From a virus, in the IMG/VR virus record IMGVR_UViG_3300036398_002324: a stretch of DNA of 64,000 nucleotides; one strand, written 5' to 3'. Under the pieces are notes generated by a model. The model saw nothing but the letters and a program-made list of their open reading frames with translations, was not told where the DNA came from and did no database searches. Position numbers and translations under genes: made by a program. This document shows, piece by piece, positions 50,388 to 60,222 of this stretch. Position 1 is the first letter of the stretch, and every line of letters starts with the position of its first letter.

Positions 50388-50930
50388 ATGAATATTTTCT
50401 ATCTCCATCCTGATCCGAAAACGTGTGCAGAATATCACAACGATAAACACGTGGTCAAAATGATCATTGAGTATGCACAATTACTTTCAACTGCACATCG
50501 GATTTTGGATGGCGATGAATACATTGACTTGACTGCAAACAATCGTAAAATTAAACGTTGGCGTTTGCCTGATGAGCGTGAACAAACACTCATGAAAGCA
50601 TCACACATTAATCATCCTTCAAATGTATGGGCACGTGCAAATCATTTGAATTATAAATGGTTGTACGAACTCTGGTGCAATTTGCTGGATGAGTATACGT
50701 ATCGATATGAAAAAATTCACTCGTGTGCAAGATTGAAAAACATTCTGGCAAAAACGCCAGAAAATATTCCTCTTGGTTTGCGTGAATCTGAGCCAACGCC
50801 TGCTATGCCCGATGATGTAAAAATTCTGAACGATTCGTTGGCATCATATCGCAATTACTATACAAAAAACAAAACACACTTAGCCAAGTGGAAAAAACGA
50901 CCAGTGCCTGAATGGTACGCTGCTATATAA
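50388..50930 (+). CDS. Pyrimidine-dimer DNA glycosylase/DenV-related family protein
   Basis: MNIFYL, DKHVVKMI.EYAQLLSTAH, HINHP motifs. Confidence 0.7.
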   Translation: MNIFYLHPDPKTCAEYHNDKHVVKMIIEYAQLLSTAHRILDGDEYIDLTANNRKIKRWRLPDEREQTLMKASHINHPSNVWARANHLNYKWLYELWCNLLDEYTYRYEKIHSCARLKNILAKTPENIPLGLRESEPTPAMPDDVKILNDSLASYRNYYTKNKTHLAKWKKRPVPEWYAAI

Positions 50931-50934
50931 TAAT

Positions 50935-51234
50935 ATGCCTACTTATGACTTTTTAAATACTGAAACAGGTGAAGTTGAAGAACGATTCATGTCGTTATCT
51001 CAACGTGAACAGTTTCTCAAAGATAATCCACACATGCAACAAATGATTGGCGCCACTGCTACTGTCAGTGGTGTTTCAATCACTGGTAAAATCCCTGACG
51101 GATTCAAAGAAGTTCTTGCAAAAGTTTCTGAGAATCATAAACAATCCTCTGTCGCAAATCGACACGGTAAAAAATCTATCAAAGAATCACAGACACAACA
51201 AATCGTAAATAAACATTTAGGTAAATTTAATTAA
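50935..51234 (+). CDS. FmdB-like regulatory protein
   Basis: MPTYDF..TETGE motif. Confidence 0.6.
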   Translation: MPTYDFLNTETGEVEERFMSLSQREQFLKDNPHMQQMIGATATVSGVSITGKIPDGFKEVLAKVSENHKQSSVANRHGKKSIKESQTQQIVNKHLGKFN

Positions 51235-51899
51235 TGAGAATATTTGAACATGTAAATTTACCGCAACTTCAATTTGATCTTAATGCTGAGACTACCGATG
51301 GTGGTAGGCTTTATACGACACCTGAGGGTAAAAAGTATAAGTCTATCACTACAGTGCTTTCCCATTATAATAAACAGGGCATTTACGAATGGCGTCAGGC
51401 TGTTGGTGAAGAATATGCCAACAAAGTATCAAAGAAAGCATCCAATCGTGGTACAAAAGTCCACAAGATTTGTGAAGATTATCTCAATAATGAGATACCC
51501 GAATTAAAGATGCAGATGTTGATGCCTGACCTGAAAGAATTATTTTTCAAGATTAAACCAATAATTGATGATAATGTTGGCAAAGTTTATGCACAAGAAC
51601 AAGCATTGTATTCTGACAAATATAGAATTGCTGGTCGAGTTGACTTAATTGCTGAATGGAATGGTAAGTTATCCGTTATTGACTTCAAAACGTCTACGAA
51701 ACAAAAGAACGAAGAAGATATTCAGAATTACTTTATGCAGTGTACAGCATATGCTTTGATGTTTGCTGAACGCACCGGTATTTGGATTGATGATATTGTT
51801 GTATTGATTGCCACTGAAGAAGGTGATGCCTTGCTATTTGAGCGCCAAATTGATGCGTATCGGAAACCTCTAATGGAGTATATTGATAAATATGCTTGA
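51234..51899 (+). CDS. PD-(D/E)xK exonuclease (Cas4-like phage nuclease)
   Basis: SITTVL, RGTKVH, AGRVD, IDFKTS, Q..AYA. Confidence 0.82.
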   Translation: MRIFEHVNLPQLQFDLNAETTDGGRLYTTPEGKKYKSITTVLSHYNKQGIYEWRQAVGEEYANKVSKKASNRGTKVHKICEDYLNNEIPELKMQMLMPDLKELFFKIKPIIDDNVGKVYAQEQALYSDKYRIAGRVDLIAEWNGKLSVIDFKTSTKQKNEEDIQNYFMQCTAYALMFAERTGIWIDDIVVLIATEEGDALLFERQIDAYRKPLMEYIDKYA

Positions 51900-51914
51900 T
51901 AATTTGGAGGCATT

Positions 51915-52445
51915 ATGCTATCATTCAAACAATACGAACAATTAGACGAGGGTAATCCTCTAGCCAGACTGCACAAACATGCCGAAGAAGGCAGACACTA
52001 TGCGGTTATGTCTTCACAACGACCGCATGATGAAGTGTCTCCAGAAGATAATAAGAAGCGCCATGAAGAGTTAAAAAAGAAATTAACTGCACAGGGTTAT
52101 GCTCATAAAGAAGTAGAAGGTCATTGGGAAGGCGGCAAAGAAAAGTCTATATTGGTACATGCTAAAGGAAAAGGAGATGAACACGGCAAACAGTTGCTCC
52201 ACGATATTAAAAAACATGGAGAACATTATAATCAAGACTCAATCTTACATCATGATGGAAAAACAGCGACCCTACATGGAACAAACAAAACAGGTTTCCC
52301 AGGACACGGTAAGACAGAGACAGTAGGTAAAATGGCGTATAATAAAGCACATGCGCCATTTCAAACAGAAATGAAACCGAAGTCAGATAAACCGTTGAAA
52401 CCTGGAAGAACAGCGAAAAGTTCTGCAAGATTCACAACGGAGTAA
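51915..52445 (+). CDS. Putative internal virion protein with capsid-targeting sequence
   Basis: N-terminus MLSFKQYEQLDE resembles T4 IP CTS; late-type GATAAATA upstream. Confidence 0.55.
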   Translation: MLSFKQYEQLDEGNPLARLHKHAEEGRHYAVMSSQRPHDEVSPEDNKKRHEELKKKLTAQGYAHKEVEGHWEGGKEKSILVHAKGKGDEHGKQLLHDIKKHGEHYNQDSILHHDGKTATLHGTNKTGFPGHGKTETVGKMAYNKAHAPFQTEMKPKSDKPLKPGRTAKSSARFTTE

Positions 52446-52609
52446 TTATGGAAATTAGTGAAAAAGAATACGATGAAAAATTGGATGAATATCTGAGAGA
52501 ACAAGGACCAAATCTAGGTGAAACATTTTTTGGCGCATGGGGTTGGTATGCAACAAAACGAAATGAGTTTAATGCGATATTGAAAGAGGAAGGAATTGTT
52601 GTAATCCCT

Positions 52610-52890
52610 TCAAAGTGAAGGCATTCTGGACGAGGGTTCGATTCCCTCCATCTCCACCAGAAACATTCTTGTCCATGGAGTTGGGAACGGACAGATAAAC
52701 CGTGAGAGTGTTTCTCATGGGGATGACCTGGTTTCGACAGGGTGAGATAGCAGAGAAGGCAACACGAAAGGCGACGGACGTAATCCGAGCAAATAATATA
52801 ACCGCAAATGACGAGTTATACGCTCTAGCAGCCTAAATTGCTAGATGAGGTTTCGCCGACTGTCCTTATTATCCAATCAGTCGGCATCAA
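52610..52890 (+). ncRNA. ssrA: Circularly permuted (two-piece) tmRNA, tag ANDELYALAA
   Basis: T-arm/CCA piece ends 52659 upstream of the GGGGATG 5' piece at 52719 (G3.U70); tag at 52804-52836; outer ends approximate. Confidence 0.88.
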
Positions 52891-52955
52891 TTATGGGTTT
52901 GGTGGCATCACCCGAACAAGAGTTCAAAAAACCACCACTTACACGGAGTTATATT

Positions 52956-53678
52956 ATGAAAATTTATTTGTCTAAGTCACGATATCATTGGATATCTCCA
53001 TATACGATGCTAGACTATTTGTTCTTTTGGACAAAATGGTCAAAGTGTAGCCGAGACAAAAAAGCATACAAATATCCCGAATCAGATGATTGGGTTGATC
53101 CGCCAGCTTGGGTTGAAAAATGGGCAGACCGCCTAACTCCTGTTTCTATCACACTTCAAAAAATTCTTGATAAAATTCATCCTGAAATTAAGTATGTGAA
53201 GATTGACTACTGGGATGTGTGGAGTATGGATCACACTCTTTCACCAATCATTCTTCCAATGTTGAAGAAACTCAAAGAAGTAAAACATGGTTCTGGCTTC
53301 GTTGACATGGAAGATGTACCAGAACATCTAAGATGTACGACAACTGAAGATTGGGACAGTCAACGCACATTTGATTTTTATAATGAAGATGTTCCAAAAG
53401 AAGGTGTTGCAGATATTCATGCACGATGGAATTGGGTGCTTGATGAAATGATTTTTGCGTTTGAACATCTTGTTGATGATTCGTGGGAAGAAAAGTTTAG
53501 TTCTGGTGAAATAGATTGGAAGTTTGTTCCTTGTGAAGACAATTCAAAACTCAGTCGTATTGAACACGGCCCTAATCACACATATGTTTGCGACTATGAC
53601 GGATTACGCAGAGAATATGATCGTATAGATAATGGTCTTCGTTTGTTTGGTAAATATTATCGTAACTTGTGGGATTAA
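52956..53678 (+). CDS. Conserved phage hypothetical protein
   Basis: DVWSMDHTL...W.WVLDEMIFAF...LFGKYY.NLWD; start after SD GGAG. Confidence 0.65.
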   Translation: MKIYLSKSRYHWISPYTMLDYLFFWTKWSKCSRDKKAYKYPESDDWVDPPAWVEKWADRLTPVSITLQKILDKIHPEIKYVKIDYWDVWSMDHTLSPIILPMLKKLKEVKHGSGFVDMEDVPEHLRCTTTEDWDSQRTFDFYNEDVPKEGVADIHARWNWVLDEMIFAFEHLVDDSWEEKFSSGEIDWKFVPCEDNSKLSRIEHGPNHTYVCDYDGLRREYDRIDNGLRLFGKYYRNLWD

Positions 53679-53921
53679 TTATGAATAAATCTTTTTTACT
53701 AATTGGTGGTACAGTTGTTTTGGTTATGCTTTTGATTGTATTTATACCACAACCTAAAGGTACTTACATCAATTGTGGACTGTCCGAAATCTCTCCAGAC
53801 TTTACGCCAGAGATGCGGAAAATGTGTCGTGAAGTGAGAGCAACCAAATTATAAAATGACTAAATAAAAGACTGGCACCACACACACTCGCCAGTAAATA
53901 CACACAACACAGGAGAAACAC

Positions 53922-54194
53922 ATGAGTAATCTGACACCGTTTGAGATTCGTCTTGAACTTCTAAAAATGGCGAAAGAATTATTGTTAGAAGAGTACCACT
54001 CTAACAAAGATCGTCTAACCAATGAATGGCACGTAAAGGTAGAGTCCGCCAAGTTAAATGGACAAGCAATACCTGAACATCCAGCCTTTCCAACTTATCC
54101 CTCAGAAAGCGACATCATTACCAAGGCACAGTCCTTGAATGGATTCGTATCTAACATTACAGCAGAAAAAACACAGAGCAAAAAATCTGCCTGA
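53922..54194 (+). CDS. Conserved T4-like hypothetical protein
   Basis: PFEIRLELLKMAK motif; late promoter ACTAAATA at 53859. Confidence 0.6.
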   Translation: MSNLTPFEIRLELLKMAKELLLEEYHSNKDRLTNEWHVKVESAKLNGQAIPEHPAFPTYPSESDIITKAQSLNGFVSNITAEKTQSKKSA

Positions 54195-54202
54195 CGGGAC
54201 CG

Positions 54203-54220
54203 GGTGTGCTTCGGCACACC
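54203..54220 (+). other. UUCG hairpin
   Basis: GGTGTGC-TTCG-GCACACC. Confidence 0.6.
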
Positions 54221-54240
54221 TCTAACTTATAGGAGAAAGT

Positions 54241-54795
54241 ATGCGTTACATCACACTAACGATTTGTAGTTTATTTGCAGCATTTATTGTTTATACCGGT
54301 CATGCAGCAGCACAAGTTGAAATTCCAATTGCACCGAAAATTCAATTAGATGATTTAACACCTTCCGCCAGACAAGAAGTTGAATGTCTTGCACAGAATA
54401 TGTACTTTGAAGCTGGTGGTGAGCCAGAAAAAGGACAGTTAGCAGTTGCATTTGTTACTCACAATAGGGCACAGTCTGGTGCATTTCCAGATTCATATTG
54501 TGGCGTGGTAAAACAAAGAGTTGGTTCAATTTGCCAATTTTCTTGGTATTGTGAAAAAAGAGCAAAGATGATGATTGACCGTGGACTCTTGACAATTGAG
54601 AACAACTCTGTATATAATAGAATAACTGAAATGGCTTTGAACTTTTATCTTTATACAGAAACGTTCAAAGACCCAACAAAGGGTGCATTATTTTTTCATG
54701 CAAACTATGTGAAGCCGATGTGGAATAACATGAGATATACTGCACAGATAGGTAGACATTTATTTTACAACAAAGTTTCTAGAAAGCCAGCATGA
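54241..54795 (+). CDS. Cell wall hydrolase (SleB/Hydrolase_2)
   Basis: CLAQNMYFEA.GE, CQFSW, GALFFHA.YV.P.W, IGRHLFY. Confidence 0.88.
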   Translation: MRYITLTICSLFAAFIVYTGHAAAQVEIPIAPKIQLDDLTPSARQEVECLAQNMYFEAGGEPEKGQLAVAFVTHNRAQSGAFPDSYCGVVKQRVGSICQFSWYCEKRAKMMIDRGLLTIENNSVYNRITEMALNFYLYTETFKDPTKGALFFHANYVKPMWNNMRYTAQIGRHLFYNKVSRKPA

Positions 54796-55363
54796 GTATT
54801 TTATCAAGTAAAAAAGAAAAGGAGATTGTTATGGAAAAAGGATTGGGAGCAGTTACCACTTTCAGTGTAACACTGGTACTACTTTCAATTGTCACTGCGA
54901 TTTGTATTTACGGACTAAACGAACGTAAACTAATGGCAGCAAATATTGAAAACGCTATTACAAAGGGTGTTGACCCACTATCGGTTCGATGCTCTTACGT
55001 TAAGAGTGACGATATTATCTGTATTGCATATGCATCAAATAAAAAGTAAACAGGAGACTATATAATGCACTTTGAAAATGACAGCCATAATTTTACTTTG
55101 AAGTATGATTCGAGTGATGGTAAAACAAGTCTTGAAATGAACTTCAGTGAACTCTACGTTGATGATATTTTTAATCAATTCAAGAATTTTTTACAAGGAT
55201 GTGGATATGAAATTGATGGCTACATTGGTGTGATTCCTTGGAGTGTTAATTCATCTCAACACGAACAGCCACAATTTGATTTTTCTAACATACCAGATAA
55301 TAATTGGCTGTTTGATAAAAAAGAATCAGTGCCACAAAATCTATCACAGGCGTCTGAGAAATA

Positions 55364-55588
55364 ATGCCGACTAAAGATGAAATGCTGAAGTTTTCTATGC
55401 GAATAGAAGACCTTGTTGCGGTTACAGACTATACTTACATTGAAGCTATTACAGAGCATTGTAAGAAAACTGGTTTAGAAATAGAAGTCGCAGCCACTCT
55501 TATTACACCGAATTTGAAATCGAAAATTCAAGAACAAGCAGAGCGAACTAATTTGTTGAAAACAAAAAACAGTCGTTTACCTATATGA
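55364..55588 (+). CDS. gp33: Late transcription coactivator
   Basis: FS..IE, YIEAI..C, LK.KI..AE, C-terminal LPI; precedes gp59 and gp32. Confidence 0.8.
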   Translation: MPTKDEMLKFSMRIEDLVAVTDYTYIEAITEHCKKTGLEIEVAATLITPNLKSKIQEQAERTNLLKTKNSRLPI

Positions 55589-56199
55589 TTAATGGTTATG
55601 AAGCCTTTTGTTTATACACTTCTCTTAAACTCCACTTCAATTCAGATTCTTACGATTACCTTAAGTATAATGGGAAAGTAAATACGAGTATTGATGCGTT
55701 TGAGAATCGAAAAGATAAATGGCATTTCTACAAACTGAGCAGAAGATTCACTAATGTTGAACAGGGTCGTGACTTTATTGTTGCTAATCTTGTCTATGAC
55801 CCTAATGTTTGGATTGGACATTTATTGACAGATGAGTCTGATATTCAGTATCGCAAGCGCCAAAAGGTGATTCAGTCTTTGACGTACACGTTCACAAACG
55901 AGATTGCATCATTAATGAGACATAAAGACCCTAATGCATCATTAATGATACATGACGGTCAATATCCAGAACTGCTTACACAGTATCTCCAGAATGAAAT
56001 TTCAATTGAAACGATTTGTATACTGAACAAAATCATGGGTTTCTTGCGAATGTGGGACAAAAAAATTGTTGATACAATTCGTTATCCAGCAGTAAGTCGA
56101 ACGATAAAGAAATATACACCTTTCATATCTTTTGATGCAATAAAATATAAACTTATACTCAAAAAGGAATACGATGCAAATACGCAAAATATATCTTGA
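55585..56199 (+). CDS. gp59: Helicase loader
   Basis: YxSLKLHF..DSYDY.KYNGK, RKDK..F.KL. Confidence 0.88.
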   Translation: MINGYEAFCLYTSLKLHFNSDSYDYLKYNGKVNTSIDAFENRKDKWHFYKLSRRFTNVEQGRDFIVANLVYDPNVWIGHLLTDESDIQYRKRQKVIQSLTYTFTNEIASLMRHKDPNASLMIHDGQYPELLTQYLQNEISIETICILNKIMGFLRMWDKKIVDTIRYPAVSRTIKKYTPFISFDAIKYKLILKKEYDANTQNIS

Positions 56200-56716
56200 T
56201 ATGGATGGAGTTCTATGTGACTTTCATAAACGTTACAAAGAACTGTTTAGTAAAGAACCAACATATCAAAGACCTAAAGGTGAAACAAGGACACGAGAGT
56301 TTGATGAATTTATAGAAGATAGCCACTTCGAAAGTCTTGATTGGCAGCCAGGTGGTAAAGAATTGTATGAATTCGTTACTTCATTAGAAGTTCCAGTAGA
56401 GATTCTTTCATCGTCAGGCGGTAAAACACGACACGACGAAGTAAAGAAACAGAAGAAAGTTTGGCTAAAACGCAACAGTGTTAATATACCAGCCAATATA
56501 GTTCCTGGTCGTGCATTTAAAGCCGACTATGCAAAACCCAATTTTATCTTAATTGACGATACACAAGATGTTATTGATGATTTCAATATGGCAGGTGGTA
56601 TTGGAATTCATCACACAGATGCGGCAAAAACGATAGCAATCATTAAATCGCTACTTGACGATAGCTATATAGATGTATATAATGAATCATGTGAACAAGA
56701 TGCACATACAAACTAA
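56174..56716 (+). CDS. HAD-family 5'(3')-deoxyribonucleotidase
   Basis: YLDMDGVLCDF, LIDD motifs. Confidence 0.8.
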   Translation: MQIRKIYLDMDGVLCDFHKRYKELFSKEPTYQRPKGETRTREFDEFIEDSHFESLDWQPGGKELYEFVTSLEVPVEILSSSGGKTRHDEVKKQKKVWLKRNSVNIPANIVPGRAFKADYAKPNFILIDDTQDVIDDFNMAGGIGIHHTDAAKTIAIIKSLLDDSYIDVYNESCEQDAHTN

Positions 56717-56739
56717 TACAATTTTATACGGAGTAAAAC

Positions 56740-57612
56740 ATGTCTGATTTTTCCAGTCTTAAACGCAATCGCAATTCGTTTGACAAACTTACCAAAGCGA
56801 TTGAATCAATCAACACAGTAACAACAGAAAATTCCAAGGAAGACAACAGATTCTGGCAACCAGAGGTAGACAAAGCTGGTAATGGAATGGCAGTCATTCG
56901 ATTCCTTCCGGGTCCTGCTGCTGATGGTGATGAAGCACTTCCTTGGGTACGTGTATTCAATCACGGTTTTCAAGGACCAGGTGGTTGGTATATCGAAAAC
57001 TCTTTGACTACACTCAATCAAAAAGACCCAGTTTCAGAATATAATTCTGTTCTTTGGAATTCTGGTATTGAAGCAAACAAAGAAATTGCACGTAAGCAAA
57101 AACGCCGTTTGACTTATATTTCAAACGTTCTGATTGTTTCTGACCCAAAGAATCCAGAAAACGAAGGTCAAATCAAACTGTACAAGTTTGGTAAAAAAAT
57201 CTTTGACAAGATTAGTGAAGCAATGAATCCTGAGTTTGAAGATGAAACGCCATTGAATCCATTTGACTTGTGGGAAGGTGCTAACTTCAAAATCAAGATT
57301 CGTCAAGTTGAAGGCTATCGTAATTATGATAAATCTGAGTTTGACAAGCCTTCTGCTTTGTTTGATGGTGATGATGCAAAACTTGAAGAGTTGTGGAAGA
57401 AAGAATACTCACTCAAAGAGTTTCTTGATCCTAAGAACTTCAAGCCTTATGATGTGTTGAAAGCAAAACTTGATAAAGTGTTGGGTCTTGATGGCGCTGC
57501 ACCAGTGTCTAAAGCTAAAGCTGTTGATGAGAACTTTACACCAAAGACATCACCAGATTTGGATGAAGATGAAGAACTTGATTATTTCAAGTCACTAGCT
57601 TCAGAAGAATAA
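56740..57612 (+). CDS. gp32: Single-stranded DNA-binding protein
   Basis: GNG.AVIRFLP, WYIENSLTT, YKFGKKIFDK, NYDKSEF, acidic tail. Confidence 0.95.
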   Translation: MSDFSSLKRNRNSFDKLTKAIESINTVTTENSKEDNRFWQPEVDKAGNGMAVIRFLPGPAADGDEALPWVRVFNHGFQGPGGWYIENSLTTLNQKDPVSEYNSVLWNSGIEANKEIARKQKRRLTYISNVLIVSDPKNPENEGQIKLYKFGKKIFDKISEAMNPEFEDETPLNPFDLWEGANFKIKIRQVEGYRNYDKSEFDKPSALFDGDDAKLEELWKKEYSLKEFLDPKNFKPYDVLKAKLDKVLGLDGAAPVSKAKAVDENFTPKTSPDLDEDEELDYFKSLASEE

Positions 57613-57637
57613 TCTCCTTTATCTTTTATTCTTCTGG

Positions 57638-57664
57638 AATCCCCGCTTCGGCGGGGATTTTTTT
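57638..57664. terminator. Terminator between convergent gene blocks
   Basis: AATCCCCGC-TTCG-GCGGGGATTTTTT. Confidence 0.85.
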
Positions 57665-60221
57665 ATATAGTTTGTCTTTCAATTAAAAACTTAATAGCCT
57701 TTGCTTCTCTTTCACGAAGGTCACCACCTGGTCTACTGAATGTATTGTTTTGATTTATCACTGTAGATAAATCTGTAAATGATGGGCGACCCTTTATAAA
57801 CAAATCTTCAAGAACTCTTAATCCTGATGCTAATTGATTTGATGCCGCATCTAAAATTTGACCACCAGTTTGTGAAGCTTGATTCATTGCGGGTCCTACT
57901 GTGCCAGCTGCACCCTTAACATCTTCAACTGCATTTGATGCCATATTTTTAATAACACTAGCTTCTCTTCCACCACGAATTGCTGTAGCAATTGTAAATC
58001 CTTCTTTAGGATGTTTTTGTGAAGATACTTCACCATGTCCATAACTTTCTGATTTTGGAAAACCATATTTTTTAGCAAGTTGTTCTTCTAGTGCTGATGC
58101 AGCGGCTAATTGTTCGGGTGTAACGTCGGTATCATCTTTAGCAACCATTGAAATACTAACAGTGTTAGAATTATTCAACTCTGGTTTTTTATTTGTGTGT
58201 CCGGCATGCCAACCAACTAAATTGTCTGGTAAAACATTTACGATTCTACCATCACGGTCAACCAAATAATGATATGATAGTTTTCTGCTCTGTAAAGTTT
58301 TTATTGCGACATCTAATCCTCTTCCGCCCGTATGATGTATGATTACACCTTTCGTTGACGTTCTAGGTCCACCAAAACCTAGACCATCAACTTTGCGACT
58401 CTCTACGTTAGTAGAAACGTTGGGCGCAGAAACAGCAGTAGGCGTTGTCATCGATGCTGCTGGCGCTGTTGGCGATGAAGATGCTGCAGGTGCGGATGCG
58501 GGTGCAGGCGATGGTGAAGACGACGGTGCAGAAGTTGATGTAGAAGATGCTTTTGGTCCGGAAGATGGTGTGGAAGATGCTGTAGAAGATGTTGTAGAAG
58601 ATGCTGTTGTGGCCGCAGGTGTAGGTGCAGGTCCTGTTGTTGGTGTAGCAACTGGCGCAGCGACTGGTGTTGGTGTTGTATCTGGATTATCTTTTAACCA
58701 GCTTTCAACTTCAGCTTTGATTTCTGGATAATAACCACCATCTTGTTTTTCACCATCTGTAGATACAAATAAGAGTTCATAAATTCCATAAAACATCATT
58801 AATGCGTCATAAGCAGCTAGAACTACCATTATTGCTGTAACAACTCCTCCTGTGGCTACTCCAGCTGCTGCCATCGCTACTCTTGACATTAATAGAGCTG
58901 CCTTTTCTCCTAATTTTGCTGCTATTCTTGTTCCTATTTTTTTCAATATTCTAGGATTTTTGCCAATAGCTTTAAATATTCTACCCGTAGACTCAATTCG
59001 TTTCTTAGCCCAACTTTTAAGGCTATCTAAAGTCTCTAAACCTAGACTTTTGGCTTTTTTGATGACTCTTTCACCAAAATCAGTAATCTTACCAAAAACT
59101 TTCTTTGCGCCTTCTTTTAAATCACTATATACTTCACCAATTTTTTTTGTAGTTTTTTCATATCCTTCTTTAATAGAATCTTTAAAACTTTTTTCTTTTG
59201 GCATTTCAGCTTTTGGTTTACCTTTACCTTTTCTATCTCCGTCAGGTAAGTCTAAACAATCACATGCTGAATTTTTAAGGTCTTGAAAACTCATACCCAT
59301 GAGTTGTTTGCCCTTTTCTCTCAAATAAAAAGCAAATACTGTCCACGCCGCAGCTAATGCTCCCATTTTTGCAACCCATAATAAACCATCATGAAGAAGT
59401 GTAGAACTTTTACCCGTTTCTGGATCTTTAAACTCTGTCGTAAATAGTGTAGAAATAAAACTCCACGCTGCAACAAATATTTCTTTTAATCCATCTGATA
59501 TTCTAGGATCAATTCCACCAGAAAAAATTGACCCTAATGTTTGAAGTGAGAGAACTAAAGCATTTTTTATTTCCATAAAAACATCAAATGTTGATTGTTT
59601 AATTGTTTCCCAATTATCCATAACCAACTTTGATATGATTTCATAAGATGCTTTTATTCCTGCAACAACGGCTTTGAATACTGCAACAACAACATTTTTA
59701 AGAGTTTCCAATACCTCACTGTCACGCAGTAAACTAATTACAAGCGTTGCAGACGCTACAATTAAAGTTCCTAGAAATTTGAAAAAACCGACTGCTAAAT
59801 TGTAGAGAGACTGTTGAACATTGGAATCTGAAAACACATCACGAACAAATGAAATTGTTTTTTTAATCAAATCAACTATTGAAGATAGGGAATCTTTAAC
59901 AAATTTAAAGATGTATTCACCAATACCCGATTTTTTTATTATTGAAAATAAGCCTGATATACCAACAAAAACAAAAAGCGTTTTCATTATTCCAGAGAGT
60001 CCACTTATGATACTCATTAAAGATAATTGTGAACTATCTTTTGGTGATATTTTTCTTACTTGAGTTGGTTTCTGAAATCTAGATTTATAAGATTGTTGTT
60101 TTGCACGTGTATCATCAAACTTCTTTTGAAGTTTTTCTTGCTCTTTTACTTTTACAATCTTTAAAATATTTGATTGTACTTGTTTAAAACTCAAAGCAAC
60201 TGAAGCTAAAGCTGGAATCAT
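57663..60221 (-). CDS. Tape-measure/hub-like tail protein with N-acetylmuramoyl-L-alanine amidase domain
   Basis: Helical N-terminal region, P/S/T linker, IIHHT..SYHYLVDRDG..WHAG..GH amidase_2 motifs. Confidence 0.7.
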   Translation of the reverse strand: MIPALASVALSFKQVQSNILKIVKVKEQEKLQKKFDDTRAKQQSYKSRFQKPTQVRKISPKDSSQLSLMSIISGLSGIMKTLFVFVGISGLFSIIKKSGIGEYIFKFVKDSLSSIVDLIKKTISFVRDVFSDSNVQQSLYNLAVGFFKFLGTLIVASATLVISLLRDSEVLETLKNVVVAVFKAVVAGIKASYEIISKLVMDNWETIKQSTFDVFMEIKNALVLSLQTLGSIFSGGIDPRISDGLKEIFVAAWSFISTLFTTEFKDPETGKSSTLLHDGLLWVAKMGALAAAWTVFAFYLREKGKQLMGMSFQDLKNSACDCLDLPDGDRKGKGKPKAEMPKEKSFKDSIKEGYEKTTKKIGEVYSDLKEGAKKVFGKITDFGERVIKKAKSLGLETLDSLKSWAKKRIESTGRIFKAIGKNPRILKKIGTRIAAKLGEKAALLMSRVAMAAAGVATGGVVTAIMVVLAAYDALMMFYGIYELLFVSTDGEKQDGGYYPEIKAEVESWLKDNPDTTPTPVAAPVATPTTGPAPTPAATTASSTTSSTASSTPSSGPKASSTSTSAPSSSPSPAPASAPAASSSPTAPAASMTTPTAVSAPNVSTNVESRKVDGLGFGGPRTSTKGVIIHHTGGRGLDVAIKTLQSRKLSYHYLVDRDGRIVNVLPDNLVGWHAGHTNKKPELNNSNTVSISMVAKDDTDVTPEQLAAASALEEQLAKKYGFPKSESYGHGEVSSQKHPKEGFTIATAIRGGREASVIKNMASNAVEDVKGAAGTVGPAMNQASQTGGQILDAASNQLASGLRVLEDLFIKGRPSFTDLSTVINQNNTFSRPGGDLREREAKAIKFLIERQTI

Positions 60222-60222
60222 T

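Noticed and set aside
51234-51899. CRISPR-Cas system around the Cas4-like nuclease
   Set aside because: No array or other cas genes; this is a common stand-alone phage exonuclease.
52845-52955. N-terminal extension of ORF 52845-53678
   Set aside because: It overlaps the tmRNA coding piece; the SD-supported start is 52956.
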